IMG/VR virus record: IMGVR_UViG_2675903661_000016
DNA: 17,238 nt
Direction: 5' to 3' (one strand)
DNA from: a virus
Lineage: Duplodnaviria > Heunggongvirae > Uroviricota > Caudoviricetes
The position numbers and the translations under genes are program-made. Numbering within the stretch: position 1 is the first letter of the stretch; each line of letters begins with the position of its first letter. The notes below the pieces were generated by a model, which had not been told where the DNA came from, did no database searches, and saw only the letters and a program-made list of their open reading frames with translations. Shown piece after piece: positions 1-7,141 of the stretch.

Positions 1-278
1 TTATCCATCTCCATATTAACAAGAACAATTATCTATAAAATATAGTAAATATGCGGGATCCGGGAGGACTTGTAACTATCATCTCCGGATCAGCATGTAG
101 TTTTTATTTTTCCGGATGATATATGCCGCAATAATACCCCTGCATACAGATGCCTGCAAATATCTACGAAGCATCCGGCGAGAATAAACAAGGAAGTCTG
201 AGGCTATCTTATATGATAGCCTGTTGCTCAAAAGACAATGATTCACTCATCAGAACCAACAACGCATAATGCAGATAA

Positions 279-355
279 TGGACCGCCATCGAGGACTCGA
301 ACCCCGCGCAGCCAGCTTCGAAGGCTGGCGCTCTATCCCGATGAGCTAATGGCGG
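279..355 (-). tRNA. tRNA-Arg, anticodon UCG (phage-encoded, argO-like)
   Basis: Reverse complement folds as a 77-nt cloverleaf: acceptor CCGCCAT/ATGGCGG, D-arm GCTC-ATCGGGATA-GAGC, anticodon stem CCAGC/GCTGG with loop CTTCGAA, T-arm CGGGG-TTCGAGT-CCTCG, discriminator T, encoded CCA. Position 1 is C (C1-G72). Confidence 0.75.
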
Positions 356-364
356 TATGTGATA

Positions 365-440
365 TGGTGGCCCTTGCTGGATTTGAACCAGCGACCTGGC
401 GATTATGAGTCGCTCGCTCTCACCACTGAGCTAAAGGGCC
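365..440 (-). tRNA. tRNA-Ile2-like, anticodon CAU (ileX/ileZ-like; Met cannot be excluded from sequence alone)
   Basis: Reverse complement GGCCCTTTAGCTCAGTGGTGAGAGCGAGCGACTCATAATCGCCAGGTCGCTGGTTCAAATCCAGCAAGGGCCACCA: 76 nt, acceptor GGCCCTT/AAGGGCC, anticodon loop CTCATAA, T-loop TTCAAAT, encoded CCA. Close to the recalled E. coli ileX sequence. Confidence 0.8.
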
Positions 441-480
441 GGGAGCAGGATAATAACGGTACGTAACTAATCCTGCAATA

Positions 481-1584
481 TCATCCATTCTGACTGACTA
501 AATCCTGTACTTCCCTGACCGTCTGCTCAAAACGTTCAGTCTCCAGCTCAACGCCAGTTGCACGACGGCCCAGTGCCAGTGCAGCTTTAACTGTCGAACC
601 CGACCCCATGAAAAAATCTGCAACCAGGTCCCCCGGACGACTACTCGCGCTGATTATCTGCTGCAGCATTTCTGCCGGCTTTTCGCACGGATGTTTCCCG
701 GGATAGTACTGCACCGGTTTATGCGTCCACACATCCGTGTACGGCACCTGCGCCGTCACGCCAAAATACCGCCGCAGATGCTTATATTCACTCTGCAGTT
801 CCGCATACTGCCGGTTCAGTGAAGTATACGTCTCCAGCAGCTGGTGGTGGGGCTTTTCCAGTTCACCCCGCTGATGCTTCTCTTCTGCCACCCGGGCAAA
901 CAGCGCCTGTAATTTCAGATAATCGCTTTCGTTCGGTAGCTGCCACTGACTGGCACTGAACCAGTGCGACACCATGTTTTTCTTTCCTGTGGCATCCACT
1001 ATCTGTTTTGCCGTTATCCCCAGGGCAGCACGCGCATCACGAAAGTAAGCAATCAGCGGAGCCATCACATGCTGTTTCAGTGCCCTGCCCTTCGCCTCAT
1101 ACCCGGCATCTTTCGGACGATACGGCCCCTGATAATGTTCCGCGAACAGAATGCGCTCTGTGGCGGGGAAATACGCCCTCAGGCTTTCCTTGTTGCACCC
1201 GTTCCAGCGTCCGGACGGCTTCGCCCAGATAATATGGTTCAGCACACTGAAGCGTTCAAGCATCATGATTTCGATATCAGATGCCAGGCGATGGCCACAG
1301 AACAGGTAAAGACTTCCGGCAGGTTTCAGCACCCGCCAGAACTGCGCCAGACACTGGTCCAGCCACTTCAGGTAATCCTCATCACCCGTCCACTGGTTAT
1401 CCCAGCCCTCAGGCTTCACTTTAAAGTACGGCGGGTCCGTGACTATCAGGTCAACAGAATTTTCGGGTAACGACCGGATAAATTCCAGGCAGTCGGCGTT
1501 GATTAACTCACAAGCAGTGGGCCTGAGGTTTGCTTGTGATCCGGACGCATGAGCAGATGGCTGGTGAGTGCCCCTAACCCCCAC
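481..1584 (-). CDS. N6-adenine DNA methyltransferase (DPPY motif; phage orphan MTase)
   Basis: 386-aa ORF with motif IV LIVTDPPY near the N-terminus and C-terminal AdoMet-binding FFMGSGST. No in-frame ATG before residue 128, so the start must be GTG or TTG; I chose GTG at 1584 but it could extend to TTG at 1641. Confidence 0.8.
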   Translation of the reverse strand: MGVRGTHQPSAHASGSQANLRPTACELINADCLEFIRSLPENSVDLIVTDPPYFKVKPEGWDNQWTGDEDYLKWLDQCLAQFWRVLKPAGSLYLFCGHRLASDIEIMMLERFSVLNHIIWAKPSGRWNGCNKESLRAYFPATERILFAEHYQGPYRPKDAGYEAKGRALKQHVMAPLIAYFRDARAALGITAKQIVDATGKKNMVSHWFSASQWQLPNESDYLKLQALFARVAEEKHQRGELEKPHHQLLETYTSLNRQYAELQSEYKHLRRYFGVTAQVPYTDVWTHKPVQYYPGKHPCEKPAEMLQQIISASSRPGDLVADFFMGSGSTVKAALALGRRATGVELETERFEQTVREVQDLVSQNG

Positions 1585-1602
1585 CAGCCGCCCATTTACC
1601 AC

Positions 1603-1630
1603 AAATAAAAAAGCCTTCAGGACTGAAGGC
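1603..1630 (-). terminator. Intrinsic terminator overlapping the stop codon of the small wHTH gene
   Basis: Minus strand reads GCCTTCAG-TC-CTGAAGGC followed by TTTTTTATTT. Confidence 0.5.
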
Positions 1631-1814
1631 GTCTGTAACAACCGAACTGATAGTCTGCCAGACCCGCCATAACAAGCTGGGTCAGTATTAGCTGGCAGCG
1701 TTCGCGTGAAAGGTACGTATTCTGTGCAATCTCCCCGACTGTCGCCGGTTCGGTGGCACTTAATTCATTAAAAACTGCTCTGGCGGTTTCTGTCATATCC
1801 TGCTGTTTCAGCAT
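1617..1814 (-). CDS. Small putative winged-helix DNA-binding protein (66 aa from ATG), unknown function
   Basis: ORF 1617..1850; ATG at 1814 preceded by AAGGGA about 9 nt upstream. Product MLKQQDMTETARAVFNELSATEPATVGEIAQ... has an HTH-like segment. Ends inside the terminator hairpin. Confidence 0.45.
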   Translation of the reverse strand: MLKQQDMTETARAVFNELSATEPATVGEIAQNTYLSRERCQLILTQLVMAGLADYQFGCYRRLQS

Positions 1815-1987
1815 GTCTTTTTCCCTTTTCCGGTTAACGTGACACACCAATAACTCTTGTCAAAAAAGCCAGCAAGCTGAAAGACCGGTATTAATAACCA
1901 CCTGCACATTTTATGTACTGCACCATTTTTCTGGCATAAAAAAACCGCTCAATGCCGGGCAGTAAAATCTTTATTACTCAGGAAATT

Positions 1988-2701
1988 TTAACGTACTCTG
2001 ACAGTATTAATTTCAAAATCATTAATATTTCCGCTATTAAATATAACGAATTTCTTACCCCCACTCCTGTATGATTTCGATAACACCAGACGATCATCAT
2101 AGCGCGCAATAATGTAATACCATACATTCTCATAGTGGACCGCCTGATATTCCCTCTTAAACTGTGGTTTGTACCAACCGGCAATAAGAGAGAATGCCCA
2201 GAAATAAATCATAAACCCAGCCATCATGAACTCAATTCGGTGATGGCGAATAACAGACATTTCCGAAAAACATTTGACTGAAACAAGTCTTCTTCCAGAC
2301 CTGACAAAAAGCGTGATTGCAAAGGCAGCAAGAACGCAGAAAATCAGTACATCTGGCTCAACATGCTGATGAATTACAGAAAACTCCAGAACAGGTGGAA
2401 TAAAAAGCAGCAATATCGCGAGAAAAAGCCGGATAAAACTCAAATTTTGTATATTGCGCTTTTGTTTTATGCCCAAAAAGAAAACAATACCAACTCCCCA
2501 TCCAATAAGGAATATAACAATAACTGTCACAGCATAAAACAAACTTCGTGCTACATCATCGACACCAGCCCCGACAACCCACCATGGAAAGCCATAGTAA
2601 AATGAAGTACCCCATCCATAGAAATAAGCGCTCCCCCATCCGAGACAGCCCATATAAGCAACAAAAAGTGAAGAGTTTCTGAGCAGAGCACTGTCATCCA
2701 T
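1988..2701 (-). CDS. Multi-pass inner-membrane protein of unknown function (AT-rich moron in the late leader)
   Basis: 237-aa ORF starting at ATG 2701; at least four hydrophobic helices with aromatic/Gly-rich segments (GWGSAYFYGWG, FLIGWGVGIVFFLG) and a soluble C-terminal tail. Clearly lower GC than flanking phage genes. Confidence 0.6.
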   Translation of the reverse strand: MDDSALLRNSSLFVAYMGCLGWGSAYFYGWGTSFYYGFPWWVVGAGVDDVARSLFYAVTVIVIFLIGWGVGIVFFLGIKQKRNIQNLSFIRLFLAILLLFIPPVLEFSVIHQHVEPDVLIFCVLAAFAITLFVRSGRRLVSVKCFSEMSVIRHHRIEFMMAGFMIYFWAFSLIAGWYKPQFKREYQAVHYENVWYYIIARYDDRLVLSKSYRSGGKKFVIFNSGNINDFEINTVRVR

Positions 2702-2842
2702 AGTAACACCATTAACAACTCAAAAATATCAACACACATTACATAACAAATTGGATTCCATGCAGTCAAGGGGCGTCATTGATGGAGAAAGTATTGGCAC
2801 AATCGTCATCACGTTTAATGTCTATGCCATTTTTTGGGGGGT

Positions 2843-2867
2843 AAAAAACCCGCTCGGTCACGGGTTT
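2843..2867 (-). terminator. tR'-like intrinsic terminator downstream of the late promoter
   Basis: Minus strand AAACCCG-TGACCGAG-CGGGTTT followed by TTT, about 55 nt downstream of the predicted -10 element. Confidence 0.45.
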
Positions 2868-2918
2868 TAGTGGCTTTGCCATCACGTATAATAACGGCAA
2901 AATATCAGATTTACACGA

Positions 2919-2947
2919 AATATATGCCTTTTTATCTACTTTTGCAA
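2919..2947 (-). promoter_or_regulatory. pR'-like late promoter immediately downstream of the Q-like gene
   Basis: Minus strand TTGCAA (-35, 2947..2942), 17-nt spacer, TATATT (-10, 2924..2919). Further -10-like AT-rich elements (GATATT, ATTATA) lie just downstream, as at a Q-engagement pause site. Confidence 0.45.
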
Positions 2948-2954
2948 TACTTTG

Positions 2955-3620
2955 CTATGAAAATGCCGCCTTTTGTTTTGAACGTGTTCCCTCCACCAAC
3001 AATAAAGCTTCACTATCCAGCCGATGAAAAATGTGTTTCATTGCAACCCAGTGACCAGTAAATGTCTTGGACCAGTTTTTGGTTGTTACTCCCACCAGTA
3101 ACGCCAGTTCCTGGTATTCGTAACCTTCCCCACCAAAAAGCTCAGCTTTTACCGCCTGCGCCGCCAACCAGATCAACGTCTTCAGGCGCACCAGAGTTTT
3201 TCCTGCAATTTTTCTGGTACCGGATTGAGCATTAAATTCAGTCCACGCCCACTGCGTTATCGCGATCTGATGCTCCCAGCAAATGCTACCGCTGTAACAC
3301 CACAGCAGCCAGGCTTTATGATGTTCTTCAAGAGACAGAACGGCGCGTCGCCATGATGATGTCGAAAACTCAACCGGACTGACCAGGGCAATTGATGAGC
3401 CTTTCGCCAGTGATTGTTTACCCGGGATCGGGGGATTATCCCGCGTGATCATTTTTCCGGTTACCTCATCGCGGTAACGAATTTTTTTGCGTCTGTAACG
3501 CCCTGTATCGAACAGGGCATTTTCCTGCCAGACTTCCAGCTGGCCTTTTGTCGACCCACTAAGATCCGCAGTGGCAATCATGAGTTGCTCACGAACAAAC
3601 TGTAAATACTGGTTATTCAT
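2955..3620 (-). CDS. Putative late-gene antitermination protein (Q-like), assigned by position
   Basis: 221 aa from ATG 3620 with AGGTGG SD; start overlaps the rusA stop (ATGAATAA). Sits immediately upstream of the promoter-terminator unit, as Q does in lambdoid phages. No CxxC zinc-finger pairs, so it is not a lambda/82-type Q by motif; the call is contextual. Confidence 0.4.
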   Translation of the reverse strand: MNNQYLQFVREQLMIATADLSGSTKGQLEVWQENALFDTGRYRRKKIRYRDEVTGKMITRDNPPIPGKQSLAKGSSIALVSPVEFSTSSWRRAVLSLEEHHKAWLLWCYSGSICWEHQIAITQWAWTEFNAQSGTRKIAGKTLVRLKTLIWLAAQAVKAELFGGEGYEYQELALLVGVTTKNWSKTFTGHWVAMKHIFHRLDSEALLLVEGTRSKQKAAFS

Positions 3621-3975
3621 GCACACCCACCTCTGTAATTCTTATCTCCAGCCGTCCACCAGATACTGGCTTGCCACGTACAATATTGATTTCATCAAAC
3701 TGCTCATCGTCCATTAACAACCCCGCGTGCGTCAGCGCATCCAGCGGTGCTTTCAGAATATTGTCCAGGTCACGGCGGCGCTTATCCGGCGGCTCTGCAA
3801 TAATTTTTATTGCCAGCCGTCCGGACAGGCTTAATTTCAGTCGCTGCTGGCGAACAATAAGCACCACTGCCCGGCGATAACGCTCCCCGGCTTTTGATAC
3901 AAAATATGTGCTGCCACGGCGTCGCCAGTAAGTGTTCACCGTCGGCGGGTAAGGTAAAACCAAATCTATGAGCAT
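3613..3975 (-). CDS. rusA: Crossover junction endodeoxyribonuclease RusA (Holliday junction resolvase)
   Basis: 120-aa product aligns with recalled E. coli RusA along its length, including the conserved DKRRRDLDNILKAPLDALTHAGLLMDD and GGRLEIRITE segments. Strong SD AAGAGGTGA before ATG 3975. Confidence 0.85.
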   Translation of the reverse strand: MLIDLVLPYPPTVNTYWRRRGSTYFVSKAGERYRRAVVLIVRQQRLKLSLSGRLAIKIIAEPPDKRRRDLDNILKAPLDALTHAGLLMDDEQFDEINIVRGKPVSGGRLEIRITEVGVHE

Positions 3976-3987
3976 CAGTCACCTCTT

Positions 3988-5037
3988 TTACCCGAGCACG
4001 CCAGTCGCAAAGGCGTGATCAAGAAAACGAAAAATTAACTCAATCTGAGAGCCGTACTTTTTCTCAAACTTCAGCGGGTCTGCATGAAGTTCGTTGTGGT
4101 GCTCCCGGCACAACGGTAGCGTGAAAATATCGTGGGCCTTTGTTCCCACTCCCCCCTGACCATGACCAATCAGGTGATGCGGATCGTCAGCTGGCTTACC
4201 ACAACACGCACACGGCTGTGTCTTTACCCAGCGCGTGTATTTCTCATTAACCCAACGGCGACGTTTAGGCCGCCTCATGAACGATTCAGGAGACTCCGGA
4301 TCAACGGCGATACTGACAACCGTTTTTTTCTGTGGTGGATTTTGTTGCTGGTGGACGTGAAGTGGCAGCGCAATATTTTTTGTGCGCTGCTTCAGTATGC
4401 TGATGGCTGTCTGTTCTCCCGGTACGATGTCACTCTCACGGTATACGGAGCGGATTTTTTCCGCCGGTAATCCCAGCGAACGACGCGCTACTGCCTCAGG
4501 TAGTGCATCCACCACCTGATTGCAGGCCGCCCACCAGGATAATTCGGCCAGCGATAACTCCCTCTCCTGCGTACCGCTTATTGCGTGACGGATGACGTCA
4601 ATCATCCAGGCAACCAGATTCTGCTGAGCAAGTTGATCGAGTGATTCTGATGTCTGGTCGCGCAGCTGGTTGTCACAGTGCCAGCACAATACCATCGCGC
4701 CGGTACCGTAACGGTGAATGACTGTTTCGCTGTGATGATAATCGCCGTGTGGCCACTGGCAGGATTTCACGTGACGTAATAACCAGTCAGACAGTGCACC
4801 TGCACCACCTGCTGCACGAATAACCCGCTCATCGCTGAAAAATGGCAGTAATGTTTTATCCTCTGCCAGCGGCTGGCGAACGGCAGGAACGACTCCGGAC
4901 GGCAGATCGCGCATGTTTTTCGGTTCCGCCTCCACCAATATTCTGCCGTTATGGAATGCTGACATTGATTCACGGCCTGGCTTAACGATAACCAGACCGA
5001 GTTCCGGTACCAGAACAGGTCGAAGTAATACCCGCAC
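3988..5037 (-). CDS. DUF968-family protein (YdfU-like) with C-terminal Cys/His nuclease-like motif
   Basis: 349 aa from GTG 5037 (GGAGGT SD, immediately after the upstream stop). C-terminus CACCGKPADDPHHLIGHGQGGVGTKAHDIFTLPLCREHHNELH resembles an HNH/zinc-binding module. Same size and position as YdfU in Qin. Confidence 0.65.
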   Translation of the reverse strand: MRVLLRPVLVPELGLVIVKPGRESMSAFHNGRILVEAEPKNMRDLPSGVVPAVRQPLAEDKTLLPFFSDERVIRAAGGAGALSDWLLRHVKSCQWPHGDYHHSETVIHRYGTGAMVLCWHCDNQLRDQTSESLDQLAQQNLVAWMIDVIRHAISGTQERELSLAELSWWAACNQVVDALPEAVARRSLGLPAEKIRSVYRESDIVPGEQTAISILKQRTKNIALPLHVHQQQNPPQKKTVVSIAVDPESPESFMRRPKRRRWVNEKYTRWVKTQPCACCGKPADDPHHLIGHGQGGVGTKAHDIFTLPLCREHHNELHADPLKFEKKYGSQIELIFRFLDHAFATGVLG

Positions 5038-5038
5038 G

Positions 5039-5311
5039 TTACCTCCAGATGCGCTGCTGGAATGTGCGGGACGGACGCGGTGGGCGTTCGGAATAAGGGA
5101 GCCTGACGGAGATTATCCAGTGACGATAATCGAGGCTGAGGGCTTTCTCAAACTCATATCCGCGCCTGCGGTAACACTGGATCAGCCATTCGGCCTGTTC
5201 TTCAGTGCATGGGGGATGCTGGTACCAGTCAGTTTTAAATACGTGCGAACGCCGCCCCCGCTTAATGGCCGGATCGACTTCAGAATTGTGGGATTTTATA
5301 TGTTGCGCCAT
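5039..5311 (-). CDS. Hypothetical 90-aa protein (positional equivalent of rem in Qin)
   Basis: ATG 5311 with GGAGA SD; its stop abuts the DUF968 start, implying translational coupling. No recognisable motif. Confidence 0.45.
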   Translation of the reverse strand: MAQHIKSHNSEVDPAIKRGRRSHVFKTDWYQHPPCTEEQAEWLIQCYRRRGYEFEKALSLDYRHWIISVRLPYSERPPRPSRTFQQRIWR

Positions 5312-5479
5312 CGGGTTCTCCGGTGACGCAGCAGGTGCCAGTTGTTCAGGCTGACGTGCGAATTGTAAACCAGAATGCCAGGAAAAAACAAAGTCTGCCG
5401 AAACGGGGTAAGTGCGGGTGCGTTGAGGATGCCTGACACATCAGAGGTGGCGAGGGATTTCTCCCTCGCTTGGTCACTC

Positions 5480-5635
5480 TTACTTCTCAGATTCGTAGTC
5501 TACGAAGACAGCGACCTCCGTCTGGCCGGTTCGGATTCGTACCTCGCAGAGGTCTTTCCTCGTTACCAGTGCCGTCACAACAACGGTAATACAGATGACG
5601 ATCAGGGCGATTAACATCGCCTTTTGCTGCTTCAT
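5480..5635 (-). CDS. hok: Hok/Gef-family type I toxin (HokD/RelF-like small membrane toxin)
   Basis: 51-aa product MKQQKAMLIALIVICITVVVTALVTRKDLCEVRIRTGQTEVAVFVDYESEK is near-identical in pattern to recalled HokD. AAGGAG SD upstream. An in-frame upstream ATG at 5692 gives a 70-aa ORF overlapping the leader. Confidence 0.8.
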   Translation of the reverse strand: MKQQKAMLIALIVICITVVVTALVTRKDLCEVRIRTGQTEVAVFVDYESEK

Positions 5636-5689
5636 AGCCTGCTTCTCCTTGCCTTTCGGCACGTAAGAGGCTAACCTACGTTTGTGAAG

Positions 5690-5770
5690 CATAGATTGGG
5701 CCTCAGATTAATGTTAAGCGTCCTGCAAGACGCGTAATGTTAACTGGGGCTTTTCTCTGTCTGCCTTACG
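5690..5770 (+). ncRNA. Putative Sok-like antisense RNA region opposite the hok leader (boundaries not determinable by eye)
   Basis: Inferred from hok/sok family organisation: antisense RNA is encoded opposite the 5' leader and upstream-ORF start. A 9-bp inverted repeat CTGTCTGCC/GGCAGACAG (5757-5794) lies in this leader. Confidence 0.2.
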
Positions 5771-5925
5771 GCGGCATGCCCGAGGCAGACAGCCTCAAGC
5801 ACCCGCAGCAATTCTACTTAACTCTTCTTTCCCCGCAAACCGTTTTTATCCCCAGCGGCAAATCGAATACACCACCAGCGCCACCGCCATTGCAATTCCT
5901 ACCGTTATGAACGCTTCAGGCCAGG

Positions 5926-6627
5926 TCATCGTAAAATATTCTCCTCGTTTATCAGTCCGTTTCGCTTCAGGTAGTCCATCGCTTTATCCGGTAGTTTGCT
6001 TGATTTATTAACGCTTTTTAAGGAATGAGATAACCGCTTCACCCACATTGTTAATTCACTTACCTGATCGCCTGATGCTGGATTATTGTCGCTTTTTCCA
6101 GGCAATATGTGCTCTCGACTGGATTTCCAGAATATCCATGCCAAATCCACATTTGGATCCCGGTAATTCATCCCTTCGTTAGCACGAAGCAATAATGTTT
6201 CATGGTTTTTATCATCTGCATGGAACCTGATAAGTGTTTCAAACTGTTCGCGACCGTCATCAGGGATTACCTGAGAGTTACCCGTTAGCACATTCTGCTC
6301 CAGTGATGCTTTTACAAACCAGGCGGCCTGGACTATAACCCCATGGATCCAGCGCAAATCAGCATCGAGATCCTTCTTCTTCATCTTTTCGCCACTTAAA
6401 GCCTTGCTTATGTGGCTGCGCACCAGGTCTTCATGTAACTCCTTCGCCTCCTCAATGGTGAAACCGCCAGGCAAACGCCCCGGAGTTACCGGAGGGTTGC
6501 CAGCCTTGCGCATGGCAATCTCCATGATTTCAACCATATCTCCTGGTGGAATTTTACAATGCTGACCAATATGCCTCTGCTGCCCGGCATATTCGAGGAT
6601 GTGCTCCAGTTTGATACGATTAATCAT
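5926..6627 (-). CDS. Hypothetical 233-aa protein, second gene of an overlapping two-gene cargo module
   Basis: ATG 6627 overlaps the stop of the upstream gene (ATGA), with GGAG SD. Soluble, charged protein with no motif I can assign. Confidence 0.55.
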   Translation of the reverse strand: MINRIKLEHILEYAGQQRHIGQHCKIPPGDMVEIMEIAMRKAGNPPVTPGRLPGGFTIEEAKELHEDLVRSHISKALSGEKMKKKDLDADLRWIHGVIVQAAWFVKASLEQNVLTGNSQVIPDDGREQFETLIRFHADDKNHETLLLRANEGMNYRDPNVDLAWIFWKSSREHILPGKSDNNPASGDQVSELTMWVKRLSHSLKSVNKSSKLPDKAMDYLKRNGLINEENILR

Positions 6628-6992
6628 GATTTATCTCCATTAAGCATGGCATCCCGGCAGGCATTCCAGCCTTCATCAAATCCGACAATGCCATTATTTA
6701 AAGATGGACGAGCATCCGGCACCACCGGTACAGGTTGGGCTACATATAACGGCTGAACATACCAGCCCTTTGATAACCAACTATCAGCAACGTTTTTACT
6801 CCTGGTTATTGCTGGAATACCCAGGCCATTGTCTGAATGCAGCCATGCCACCGGAACCGCCTCCAGCGATGCCAGTGCAATTTTGAATAGCTCTCCCTCT
6901 ACCCTGGCCATCTCTGAATTAGGGTAACATTTCGCAACCGCTATTTTTAATTTGGCTTCTTTGATTAATTGCTCTTTTGTTAATTCAGTCAT
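6624..6992 (-). CDS. Hypothetical 122-aa protein, first gene of the two-gene module
   Basis: ATG 6992; product MTELTKEQLIKEAKLKIAVAK...; preceded by a 150-bp intergenic region with a hairpin. Confidence 0.55.
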   Translation of the reverse strand: MTELTKEQLIKEAKLKIAVAKCYPNSEMARVEGELFKIALASLEAVPVAWLHSDNGLGIPAITRSKNVADSWLSKGWYVQPLYVAQPVPVVPDARPSLNNGIVGFDEGWNACRDAMLNGDKS

Positions 6993-7141
6993 TTTTCATT
7001 ACCGCCCTTTCTGGCGGTCTCCTGATGTTCTGAGGGTGCAGAAATCCCTCCGGTTAAGGATTAAATTTTATTTACAGTGCTGATTTTAATTATTCAGATC
7101 TGGATTATGCTTTCTCTTTCACCTGCCGTAGCTCCTGGTAA

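Noticed and set aside
100-180. Possible third tRNA (argN-like) downstream of tRNA-Arg
   Set aside because: There is an inverted repeat (TCCGGATG/CATCCGGA) but no T-loop GTTCGAATC-type motif or cloverleaf; I could not fold a tRNA here.
964-1470. Plus-strand ORFs (168 aa and 74 aa) inside the methyltransferase gene
   Set aside because: Entirely antisense to a CDS with clear MTase motifs; products are Arg/Pro/Cys-rich with no start signals, as expected for shadow ORFs.
2834-3061. Plus-strand 75-aa ORF spanning the Q-like 3' end and the late promoter
   Set aside because: Overlaps regulatory signals and a gene end on the other strand; AT-rich sequence gives a spurious open frame.
3782-3982. Minus-strand 66-aa ORF overlapping rusA in another frame
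   Set aside because: Nested inside rusA, whose frame shows clear homology; the alternative frame is not protein-like.
5375-5614. Plus-strand 79-aa ORF opposite hok
   Set aside because: Overlaps the hok coding region antisense and has no start signals; any plus-strand function here is more likely the antisense RNA than a protein.
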